DNA of 64,000 nucleotides from the human T2T-CHM13v2.0 reference genome, Homo sapiens. Shown one piece after another: positions 50,370 to 64,000 of the stretch. The notes under the pieces are model-generated. The model saw nothing but the letters and a program-made list of their open reading frames with translations. It was not told the origin of the DNA and did no database searches. Position 1 is the first letter of the stretch. Every line of letters begins with the position of its first letter. The stretch is taken from NCBI RefSeq assembly GCF_009914755.1, contig NC_060928.1. One strand, 5' to 3'. A program made the position numbers and the translations under genes.

Positions 50370-53300
50370 ATAATACTATTTGCTTTGTATATTTATCTGG
50401 GTGCTTCACTGTTGGGTGCATATATATTTACAATTATTACATCCTCTTGCTGAATTGACCCATTTATTATTATACAATGACCTTCTTTGTCTCTTCTTAC
50501 AGTTTTTGTCTTGAAATCTATTTTGAGTGACATAAGTGTAGCTACTCTTGCTCTTTTTTAGTTTCCATTGGCATGGAATATATTTTTCCATCCCTTTATT
50601 TTCAGTCTATGTATATCTTTATAGATGAAGTATGTTTTCTGTAGGCAACAGAGCCTTGGGTCTTGTTTTTTCATCCATTTAGCCAGTTTATGTCTTTTGA
50701 TTTGAGAGTTTAGTCCCTTGACATTTAATGTTATTATTGATAAGTAGGGACTTTTGCCATTTTGTTGTTTTCTGGTTGTTTTGTGGTCTTCTCCTCTTTC
50801 TTTCCTTCCTTCCTGTCTTTTAGTGAAGGTGATTTTCTCTGTTGGTATGCTTTAATTTCTTGATTTTTATGTTTTGTGTATCCATTGTATGTTTTTCAAC
50901 TTGAGGTTACCACAAGGCTTGCAAATACTGTCTTATAATCCATTATTTTAAACTGATGACAACAACACTGATTGCATAAACAAACACAAAAATAAAACGA
51001 ATAAAAACTCTACATTTTAACTTCATCCCCAGCTCTTTAACATTTTGTTGCTCCTCTTTGTATTATTGTACTTGAAACACTGTTTTAGTTATTTTTGATT
51101 GGTTCATCATTTAGTCTTTCTACTTAAGAGAAGAGTAGGTTACACACCAAAATTACAGTGTTATACTGTTCTGTGTTTTTCGACTTACTTAACTATTACC
51201 AGGGAATTTTATACCTTCAAATGATTTCTTCTTGCTGATTAATGTCCTCTTCTTTCAGATTGAAGAATTTCCTTTAGCATTTCTTTTAGGACAGGTCTGG
51301 TGTTGATTAAATTCCTCATCTTTTGTTTGTCTGGGAAGGTTTTTATTTCTCCTTCATACTTGAAGGATATTTTCACTGGATATACTATTATAGGGGTAAA
51401 AGCTTTTTCCTTCAGTACTTTAAATATGTCATGCCACTCTCTCCTGGCTTGTAAGGTTTCTGCTGAAAAGTTGGCTGCCAGACATTCTGGAGCTCCATTT
51501 TATGTTATTTATGTCTTTTCTCTTGCTGCTTTTAGCACAGCTCTAGGCCTTGACCAAAGTCCTTCCCTTTGTGGTCGTGAGTTACCTAAGGCCCTGGGCC
51601 TGATCAGAGATGCTGTATGGGATCCAGGGATTGGAGTCAAAAACCTTAGCAATTTACTGGATGTTCTACTGTGGCTAAGCTGGTACTCAAACCACAACAC
51701 AAAGTCCTTTATCCATAACCTTTGGGAGTTTGACTATTAAGTGCCTGGAGATAGTCTTCTTTGGGTTAAAACTGATTGGTGTTCTATAATCTTCTTGTAC
51801 TTGAATGTTGATATGTTTCTCTAGGTTTGGGAAGTTCTCTGATAATACTCCTTTGAATAAACTTTTTACTCCTATCTCTTTCTCTGTCTTCTATTTAAGG
51901 CCAGTAACTATTAGATTTGCCCTTTTGAGGCAATTTTCCATATCCTGTAGGTGTGCTTCATTGTTTTTATTCTTTTTACTTTTGTCTCCTCTAACTATGT
52001 ATTTTCAAACAGCCTAACTTCAAACTCACTAATTCTTTTTTCTGCCAGATCAATTCTGCTATTAAGAGACTGATGCATTCTTTAGCATGTCAATTGCATT
52101 TTTGAACTCCATAATTTCTGCTTGATTCTTTTTAATTATTTCAATCTCTTCATTAAATTTATTTGATAGTAATCTGAATTCCTTCTCTGTGTTATCTTGA
52201 ATTTCTTTGAGTTACCTCAACACAACTATTTTGAATTATCTGTCTGAAAGGTTATATATGTCTGTTTTTCCAGGATTGGTTCCTGATGATCTATTTAGTT
52301 CATTTGGTGAGGTCATGTTTTCCTGAATGGTGTTGATGCTTGTAGATGTTAGTCAGTGTCTGGGCATTGAAGAGTTAGGTATTTATTGTAGTCTTCACAG
52401 TCTGGGCTTGTTTGTACCTGTCCTCCTTGGGAAGGCTTTCCAGGTATTCAAAGGGACTTGGCCCCCATGCCCAATAACGCTCTGGTTTTTGCAGACTTGT
52501 AGAGGTACTGCCTTAGTGGTCTTGGATAAGACCTGGAGGAATTCTCTGATTACCAGGCAGAGACTCTTGTTATTTTCCCTTATTTTCTTCCAAACAAATA
52601 GAGTCTTTCTCTTTGTGCTGAGCCACCTGGTACTGGGGGTATGGTGATGCAATTACCTTTGTGGCCACCACCACTGGAAGTGTGCTAGGTCAGACCTGAA
52701 GCCAGCAAAACACTGGGCCTTGCCCAAGGCCCTTCCCTTCATGAGTTACCTGAGGCCCTGGGCCTGACCAGAGATGCTGTATGGGATCCAGGGATTGAAG
52801 TCAAAAATCTTAGCAATTTACCGGATGTTCTGTTCTGCTGTGGCTAAGCTGTTACTCAACCACAACACAAAGTCCTTCCCTACTCTTCCCTCCGCTTTCC
52901 AAAGACAGAGGAGACTCTCCCTGTGGTCACCACCATCATTTGACAGGGGGTTCTGCCAGGCCACTGCCAATGTTCACCTAAAGCCCAAGGGCTGTTCTGT
53001 CAGCTTGTGGTGAATGCTGCCAGGCCTGGGACTCACCCTTCAGGGAAGTGGGCTCCCCTCTGGCCTAGGGCAGGTCCAGAAATGCTGTCCAAGAGCCTAG
53101 GCCTGAACTCAGGAATCCCAAGAGTCTGCTTTTTGTTTTACCCCACTGTGGCCAAGCACTGGTGCCTAAGGTGCAAGACAAAGTTCCCTTTACTTTTCCC
53201 TCTGCTTTTCTCAAATAGAAAGAGTCTTTCACCATAGCCACCACACCTAGGAATGTGCTGTGTCACCCCTGAAGCCAGCACATCTCAGAGGTCAAGACCC

Positions 53301-54289
53301 ATGGTGTACTCCCTGGGTGTTGTTGGTTACTCAGGGCCCAAAGCTTCATAAGTCAGCAAATAATGAGTACTGATAGGACTGGGTCCTTTTCTTCAAGGCA
53401 GTGCATTTCCTCTGGGCCCATCCAGGAATGTCTAAAAATGTCATGGAGGAGCTAGGGCCTGGAATGGGGGCTGCACAACTTTTCCCAGTGCCCTATCCTA
53501 TTATGGCTCAGCTGGTGTCCAAGATGCAAGACAAAGTCCTCTTTACTCTTTGCTCACCTCTCCTTAAGCAGAAGGAAGGAGTCACTTTTGTTGCTGTGAG
53601 CTGCACTACCTGGGGTTGGGGGAGGGATGGTGCAGGCACTTTCTTAGCTGAGCCAGCTGGTGTCTCCCTAGGTCACATGCCACCCTAGTTCACTGGTTCT
53701 AAGCCTAGACTAGCACCAGAAGTTGCCTAGGAATTGCTTGTGTCCTAGACTGCCTTTCAAGTTAACTAGGACTACAAAGCACTTTAGCCCCCAGTGGCTA
53801 TGCTTGCCAAGAAACTCAAGTTCCACTACTGAGATGGGCAGTTCCCCTCTGGCTATAGCTGGTCCAAATGCTTTCTCTGTGCACGGGTGCTGCCTGAGCC
53901 CAGCACAGCTTTATTCCCCACTGTGACAGAGCAGCACTGAGTTCAATGTAAAGTCCCCCAGCCACTGCACTCTCCTTCCCAAAGTGCACAGATTCTCTCT
54001 CCATGCCATACAGCTGCTGCCAGGGGATGAGGGATGGGACGGGTGGCGTCAGCAACTCAAGACTGTCTCTCCTGTCCTCCTCAATGCCTCTTTCCACAAT
54101 ATGAAGTTAAAATTGGATACTGTGATTGCTTGCCTGATTTTTGGTTCTTGTGATGATGCTTTTCTGTGTGCAGATAGTTGTTAAAATTTGCTGTACCTGT
54201 AGGAAGGACAAACAGTGTAGGCTTCTATTCAACCATCTTCCTCCACCCCTCAAGGTAAATATATTTTTCTTTCTATTACATTTAGTGCT

Positions 54290-54775
54290 TTCAGCGTCCT
54301 TGCTAAGAAATCTTTGCCCACCCTCAGATCGTGAAGATATTGTAGAAGCTTTTTTTTTTATGAAAGAAGCTTTCTCCTATAGAAATTTTACAATTTTAGT
54401 TTTTATGTTAGGTTCACATTTCATTCAAATTAATTTTGGGTGCAGCATAAGATGAATGTCAAAGTTCCTTTTTCCCTTTATATTTACCAATTCTTATAGA
54501 CCTATTTGTTGAAAAGACTTTTCTTTACCCATTGAATTGAATTGAATTGAAATGAATTTGCAGCCTTTTCAGAAATCAGTTGATTGTACATTTATGTCTA
54601 TTTGTGGAATTTCATTCTGTTCCAGGGATCTATTTGTCTGTTTTCATGTCAGTACCACTCTGTCTTGGTTGCTGTAGCTCTGTAGTAATTCTCGAAATCA
54701 AATAATTAGAGTCTCTAACTTTGTTCTTCTCTGGCAAGATTCTTTGAGCTATTCTAAGTTCTTTTCTTCTGTATA
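54290..54775 (-). mobile_element. Old L1M ORF2 fragment
   Basis: tttgttgaaaagacttttctttacccattgaatt...gtaccactctgtcttggttgctgtagc. Confidence 0.65.
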
Positions 54776-55837
54776 GTGAGAGAAAATTAATGATGCAAGA
54801 GAGAAGACAATTGTTCATGATATGTCTGTGAGATTACCCACAATCAAACATCATCTACACTAGGTTTGTTATTTTAAAATTGTATATCCATTTGATAGTT
54901 GAAATTGATATTTCATTACCCTTATAGCATCACTTGATTACCTATGCATTTTATGGTTTTGTTGTGGTTTTTACATTTCTTTAAAATTATTTCAATGTTC
55001 TTTGTTCATCATTATAGTGTGCTTTTGTATTGTTACTGGTTTTTCTTCAGATGAGAAAGAATAGACCACTCCTGGACTCTCTCAAATGGTGCCAAATCCA
55101 AACTTGCTGGGCCACAGTGAATAGTACAATACAGCAGGAAAATTGTGCATTTGGAGAGCAGGCAGAGATGCAAGTAGAAACTGACGTGAAAGATCTTATG
55201 TTACATGAACAAGAAATTGCAGGTGGAGAGTACTAATGTGAAAGCTGAAGGGATGGGCAAGACTGGAGGCATGAAGACAAGTTAGTGGGCATGGGGGAGA
55301 AGAAGACCTTTAAAGGATATCCAAGAGCAAAAACAAAAATCATATCAAAGCCAATATCAGAGGAACAAAAACAAAACTACAAGGGGAATATAGAGGCTGG
55401 AATAAGGCAACATAGGTGACTTAAGTCAGAATAAAGAAACAGAGGCACAGAGGCCAATAAAAAAGACTAATATGACTCATATGAATCAAGTTAATTATAA
55501 CCAAGTCCAGACATGGAGAGAACCTCAGGTCATCGGGATAGAAATAAACAACTCCCACCTCAGGAGATGACTGTAAGCAAAGAACATGCATGTAACAGTT
55601 ACTCACAGCTAAAAACACTCAAAAAAAAGAAACAAAGGCAAGAACATTCATACATCGGTTTCCAGAACAAATTTTGTCAACACAGCTAAACATTATTCCA
55701 ATCCTTCTTTTTTGTCTGGTCTCATGTAAATTTTTTTACCCTCAGATCCTAAATGGACAGCATCGCTTATACTACTCAGACATGGAGAACAGGAAAAGTG
55801 GAGGTCAAAGACGGTATCAAGATTACCTGCCTGATTG

Positions 55838-55892
55838 TCTGAGTAAATGATGAAATGATGAGTAAATGATCAAACTGAGTAAATGATGAAAC
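55838..55892. repeat. Short tandem repeat (tgagtaaatgat-based unit, ~3 copies)
   Basis: tgagtaaatgatgaaatga tgagtaaatgatcaaac tgagtaaatgatgaaac. Confidence 0.8.
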
Positions 55893-56909
55893 TATCAGCT
55901 GATAATTAGAATTCAGAAAAAGTATGTTCCTTTAATACAGGATAAGATGATGCATTGATAAACCTAAGTCAGGAAATAAATGGCAATAAAATCACAAAGA
56001 ATTAAGGCAAAGAAGAGGACCCAAGAAAAGTGATAAAGATGTGAAATAGTTGTTATAAGAACTGGGAAAAGAAATTGATTAGAATTAAGTAAGAGTACTG
56101 CTGAAATGCCAGATGAAGAAAGCATTTATAGATGTGTAACAGAGGTGGTCATATGGTTTTGCAATATTCTGTAGTAGCATTCTGCAGATCAGGCATAACA
56201 GGGAAGAAAGTGGGAAAGTAAGCTCCAAGTTAAAATGTAGTGAATTCTCCAATGTTTGTGAAATTTTTAAGTCTTCTCTAATCAATCAAACTTTCAGTTC
56301 CTTGAGAGTGAGGACCTTGAGATACACAATTTCTAATGCTTCACAGCTCCTAGCTCAGTGCCATGTAGAAATGAGTGCCTAATATGTAAATATTAATGGA
56401 TACGATACTGTTATTTGTACCTCTTTAAATGCAGACTATAATAGTGTTGAAAATGTCTAGTGTCAGAGGAAGTTCATTTGTTCATGCCTATCATACGAAT
56501 TGAAATACTTTTCCTAATTTATTTGCATACGTTGTAGTCAAAATTTTCAACTCCAAACAGAATAAATTTTATATACCATAAAAAGCACAGGCATAGAAAG
56601 AGTCAAAAACTACGCTCTGAACTCCTTCCCAAGTATAGCAATTACCCAACGCCCTGGTAAATATGCCAGTCAAAATGTTTAACAGAACAGGGATACTTGT
56701 TCCTGTAGCCCCAGAATAAGAGATCAACAGAGAGACCCTGAGATTGAACAAAACAAATTCAGAAGAGAGAATCAGAGCTCTTTTATTTCCCCCCTAGGGC
56801 ATGAGCAGTTGCTTAGTCAGAAGTTTCTCCTGCTGCCCAACCCTGTGGGTGACTGAAGATATGAAGATCATCTTCTAGGTTTTGTGTAGAAGTTCCTAGA
56901 TATTTCAAG

Positions 56910-57198
56910 TGTCCATTTTGGAATTACAATTTTTTATAACTTTGCCCCAGAAGTTTATTAAAATTGGCAAGAATTGTCTCTGAAGTGAATTGATAGTAGT
57001 GAACAATTCAATAAGGTACTTAAAAAGAGACACAGGCATTTCTTCAGTACTTTGGTTCAAACAAATGACATAACTGGTTAAAGTATTTCAGCTGGTGGTA
57101 TTTTCCTACCTACTCCAAACCCTCTCCTATTGTTGGTATTCTTCAGCCAAAACTGTAAGGTATGTTTGATTTGTGTAATGAGTAGTTTCAGCAGTTTC
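56910..57198 (+). pseudogene. GPBP1: Probable 5'UTR segment of the GPBP1 processed pseudogene, upstream of the L1 insertion
   Basis: Joins 62629 as ...gagtagtttcagcagtttc|aaatgactg..., which I recall as GPBP1 mRNA leader; left boundary approximate. Confidence 0.6.
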
Positions 57199-58015
57199 TT
57201 TTTTTTTAATTTTTTATTATACTTTAAGTTCTAGGGTACATGTGCACAACATGCAGGTTTGTTATATATGTATTACATGTGCCATGTTGGTGTGCTGCAC
57301 CAATTAACTTGTCATTTACATTAGGCATATCTTCTAATACTATCCCTCACCCCTCCCCCTACCCCACAACAGGCCCTTGTGTGTGATGTTCCCCTTCCTG
57401 TGTCCAAGTGTTCTCATTATTCAATTCCTACCTATGAGTGAGAACGTGGTGTTTGGTTTTTTGTCCTTGCAATAGTTTGCTGAGAATGATGGTTTCCAGC
57501 TTCATCCATGTCCCTACAAAGGACATGAACTCATCATTTTTTATGGCTGCATTCCATGGTGTATATGTGCCACATTTTCTTAATCCAGTCTATCATTGAT
57601 GGACATATGGGTTGGTTCCAAGTCTTTGCTATTGTGAATAGTGCCGCAATAAACATACGTGTGCATGTGTCTTCATAGCAGCATGATTTATAATCTTGTG
57701 GGTATATACCCAGTAATGGGATGGCTGGGTCAAATGGTATTTCTAGTTCTAGATCCCTGAGGAATCGCCACACTGTCTTCCACAGTGGTTGAACTAGTCT
57801 ACAGTCCCACCAACAGTGTAAAAGTGTTCCTATTTCTCCACATCCTCTCCAGCATCTGTTGTTTCCTGATTTTTTAATGATTGCCATTCTAACTGGTGTG
57901 AGATGGTCTCTCATTGTGGTTTTGATTTGCATTTCTCTGATAGCCAGTGATGGTGAGCATTTTTTCATGTGTCTGTTGGCTGCATAAATGTCTTCTTTTG
58001 AGAAGTGTCTGTTCA

Positions 58016-59727
<1,712 letters not shown>

Positions 59728-59997
59728 TCAGTTAGGCAGAAGTCCCTCTTTTTCCATTGATAGGAATAGTGTCAGAAGGAATGGTACCAGCTCCTCCTTG
59801 TACCTGTGGTAGGATTCGGCTGTGAATCCATCTGGTCCTGGACTTTTTTTGGTTAGTAAGCTATTAATTATTGCCTCAATTTCAGAGCCTGTTATTGGTC
59901 TATTCAGAGATTCAGCTTCTTCCTGGTTTAGTCTTGGGGGGGTGTATGTGTCAAGGAATTTATCCATTTCTTCTAGATTTTCTAGTTTATTTGCTTA

Positions 59998-60783
<786 letters not shown>

Positions 60784-61537
60784 TCATCTGTCTATGTTGA
60801 CAGTGGGGTGTTAAAGTCTCCCATTATTATTGTGTGGCAGTCTAACTCTCTTTGTAGGTCACTAAGGACTTGCTTTATGAATCTGGGTGCTCCTGTAATG
60901 CGTGTATATATATTTAGGATAGTTAGCTCTTCTTTTTGAATTGATCCCTTTACCATTATGTAATGGCCTTCTTTGTCTCTTTTGATCTTTGTTGGTTTAA
61001 AGTTTGTTTTATCAGAGACTAGGATTGCAACCCCTGCCTTTTTTTGTTTTCCATTTGCTTGGTAGATCTTCCTCCATCCCTTTATTTTGAGCCTATGTGT
61101 GTCTCTGCATGTGAGATGGGTTTTTTGAATACAGCACACTGATGGGTCTTGACTCTTTATCCAATTTGCCAGTCTGTGTCTTTTAATTGGAGCATTTAGC
61201 CCTTTTACATTTAAGGTTAATATTGTTATGTGTGAATTTGATCCTGTCATTATGATGTTAGCTGGTTATTTTGCTCGTTAGTTGATGCAGTTTCTTCCTA
61301 GCATTGATGGTCTTTACAATTTGGCATGTTTTTCCAGTGGCTGCTACCGGTTGTTCCTTTCCATGTTTAGTGCTTCCTTCCTTCAGGAGCTCTTTTAGGG
61401 CCGGCCTGGTGGTGACAAAATCTCTCAGCATTTGCTTGTCTGTAAAGTATTTTATTTCTCCTCACTTATGAAGCTTAGTTTGGCTGGATATGAAATTCTG
61501 GGTTGAAAGTTCTTTTCTTTAATAATGTTGAACATTG

Positions 61538-61842
61538 GGCTGGGTGCAGTGGCTCACGCCCGTAATCCCAGCACTTTGGGAGGCCGAGGCGGGTGGATCA
61601 CGAGGTCAGGAGATCGAGACCATCTTGGCTAACACAGTGAAACCCCATCTCTACTAAAAATACAAAAAGTTAGCTGAGCACGGTGGCAGGCGCCTGGAAT
61701 CCCAGCTACTCAGGAGGCTGCGGCAGGAGAATGGTGTGAACCCGGGAGGCGGAGCTTGCAGTGAGCCGAGATAGTGCTGCTGCAGTCCGGCCTGGGTGAA
61801 AGAGCGAGACTCCGACTCAAAAAAACAAACAAACAAACAAAA
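61538..61842 (+). mobile_element. AluY-like element inserted in copy B ORF1
   Basis: Full dimer, (AAAC)n tail; TSD aa(t/g)aatgttgaa(c/t)attg. Confidence 0.93.
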
Positions 61843-62628
61843 AAGAATGTTGAATATTGGCCCCCACTCTCTTCTGGCTTGTAGAGTTTCTGCCAAGAGA
61901 TCAGCTGTTAGTCTGATGGGCTTCCCTTTGTGGGTAACCCGACCTTTCTCTCTGGCTGCCCTTAACATATTTTCCTTCATTTCAACTTTGGTGAATCTGA
62001 CAATTATGTATCTTGGAGTTGCTCTTCTCGAGGAGTATCTTTGTGGCGTTCTCTGAATTTCCTGAATTTGAATGTTGGCCTGCCTTGCTAGGTTGGGGAG
62101 GTTCTCCTGGGTAATATCCTGCAGAGTGTTTTCCAACTTGGTTCCATTCTGCCTGTCACTTTCAGGTACACCAATCAGACGTAGATTTGGTCTTTTCACA
62201 TAGTCCCATATTTCTTGGGGGCTTTGTTCATTTCTTTTTATTCTTTTTTCTCTAAGCTTCTCTTCTTGCTTCATTTTATTCATTTGATCTTCCATCACTG
62301 ACACCCTTTCTTCCAGTTGATCGAATTGTCTACTGAAGCTTGTGCATTCGTCACGTAGTTCTCGTGCCATGGTGTTCAGCTCCATCAGATCATTTAAGGA
62401 CTTCTCTACATTGGTTATTCTAGTTAGCCATTCATCTAATCTTTTATCAAGGTTTTTAACTTCTTTGTGATGGGTTCGAACTTCCTCTTTTAGCTCAGAG
62501 AAGTTTGGTCGTCTGAAGCCTTCTTCTCTCAGCTCATCAAAGTCATTCTCCGTCCAGCTTTGTTCTGTTGCTGGTGAGGAGTTGCGTTCCTTTGGAGGAG
62601 GAGAGGCGCTGTGATTTTTAGAATTTTC

Positions 62629-64000
62629 AAATGACTGTTTAGATATTGCTAAAGTTTCATGGCAGTTTATTTTTACTTTTATTAAAAGTTTTAGGAGGTT
62701 GACCTCAGTCCTTTTCTTGTCACAATGGGACAGCTTTTCTGAATGAAGACATTGAAAGAATACAGAGATTTTTCTATTTTATGTATGTTGAGGTTTAAGA
62801 TGTTGCAGCTTCCCAGTGGCCTGATAGTATTTAGATAGCTATGTGTGTCTCTGTTTATGCTGATATTTAAGAATGCTCTTCAGATATGAAATTTTCTTTT
62901 TGTTTTTGCTATTTGGCTCATAAATTAGATATTTCATGTGGAGTAGATAAGTACAATAGTGACAAGTGCATAGAATAATAAAGAAGACTTTGATCTTAAA
63001 TCTAAGAAACTTGGCTAATTCTGGGGATAGCCATATAAAAACTTTAAAAGAGGTACAGGTATGGTGGCACATGCCTATAATTTCGGCATTTTGGGAGGTA
63101 GAGGCAGGAGCATCACTTGAAGCCAGGAGTTTGAGACCAGCCTGGGCAACTAGCAAGAATCTATCTCTAAAGAAAACACACACACGTGCATTTTATATGT
63201 ATGACATATAGAAAGAAAGTAAATGTGGGATCACCCAAAGTCCTCATTTCTGCAACATTCATTTACAAATAAATAATGTTCAGTACATCCCAACACAAGA
63301 TTATTGGTTTTCTTTCTTTTTAAAAAATTATATATAGATTAAATATAAAATTATATTTTTTAAAAAAACTAAAACAGAAGTATGGGTAGGTTGTTTAAGG
63401 TGACCTTATGTCAGATAGCCATAGGTTAAGTATCTTCGAAGAACTTGGATATTATTTCAGAAGAAAAAAAAATTTTAACTTGAACACATAAATATTACAG
63501 AGAAAACACCAATACCTTCCTGTGCAGTCCTGTTGGAATTTGGACATGCCATGAGGTGTTGAAGCCTTGTTTCACTGAGTTGGACAGACTGGATGTAAAT
63601 GGCACAGTGTGACTTTGCTCCATCCTGCCTTGATTTTCCTACTCCACCATCATCAACAAAGTTGTTATAGAATTTTGAGAAGCATTCTGAAAACTTCATG
63701 GACATAAAATTGTTATGATGTAAATTATCAACAACACAACTCTTCAGATGACTTTGATTCTGGTGTTGGATGTCTTAATGGTGGTAACTTTGTATGCAAA
63801 GAAAAACATGGATGGCATACACATGGAAGAAATGGTACTGAACACATAAATCATCGAGGCGGATACCATGGTAGAAGTTCCTGTTCTTATAGCAGTATTT
63901 TCCATTCTGGGAAAAGACAGGTCTACATCAAAACAACATCCCTGATAATGAAACGAGGAGGAAAGAAGACAAGAGCGATTGCAAGCCATTTGAGGCTGAG
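62629..64000 (+). pseudogene. GPBP1: GPBP1 (vasculin) processed pseudogene: 5'UTR plus N-terminal coding part, continuing beyond the window
   Basis: ATG at 63599 gives MAQCDFAPSCLDFPTPPSSTKLL*NFEKHSENF; after frameshifts HNSSDDFDS..NGGNF..GWHTHGRNGTEHINHRGGYHG..NNIPDNET.RKEDK..FEAE. This matches GPBP1 MAQHDFAPAWLNFPTPPSSTKSSLNFEKHSENF. Intronless; stop at 63668-63670. Confidence 0.92.
63055..63180 (+). mobile_element. Alu monomer (FLAM-like) within the pseudogene leader
   Basis: ggtatggtggcacatgcctataatt...gccaggagtttgagaccagcctgggcaac. Confidence 0.85.

Larger units (their letters stand above)
46540..54248 (-). mobile_element. Near full-length L1MA1-3-type LINE-1 with internal deletions and insertions
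   Basis: 3' end gtaggtgtatatatttatgaggtacat; ORF2 and ORF1 remnants; repetitive 5'UTR (52600-54248) ending ggcttctattcaaccatcttcctccaccc. Confidence 0.85.

Noticed and set aside
52600-53560. Recurring ~300 bp-scale repeats resembling an array
   Set aside because: Consistent with the internally repetitive 5'UTR of L1MA-type elements; not a CRISPR-like or novel array.
55030-55236. Acceptor-like ttttcttcag followed by an ATG ORF
   Set aside because: Short, no recognisable homology and no clear donor site; unsupported without transcript data.
63744-63989. 81-aa minus-strand ORF
   Set aside because: Antisense shadow of the GPBP1 pseudogene coding region.

Overview
Repeat-dominated primate genomic DNA, most likely human or another ape (AluY, L1PA3-like L1 and LTR12C are present). 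I found no intact host protein-coding gene; nearly all listed ORFs come from L1, Alu, Tigger1 or LTR sequence. Main contents: a near full-length L1PB-type element (7050-13887, -); two 5'-truncated young L1PA elements facing tail-to-tail (25701-30753 + and 57199-62628 -); a near full-length L1MA-type element (~46540-54248, -); a Tigger1 (32086-35215); MaLR and LTR12C solo LTRs; many Alus; and a processed GPBP1 (vasculin) pseudogene that runs off the right edge and is split by the second L1PA. I see no evidence of a new gene system. The most notable signals are structural. (1) The two inverted L1PAs look like different subfamilies yet share several non-consensus substitutions in patches, suggesting gene conversion or a recurrent ~26 kb inversion. 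(2) Several locally templated insertion and fold-back scars lie inside L1s. (3) An internally deleted, CpG-rich LTR12C keeps both termini and its TSD. (4) There is an old ~320 bp local duplication. Repeat subfamily calls rest on recalled consensus sequences, not on a search.
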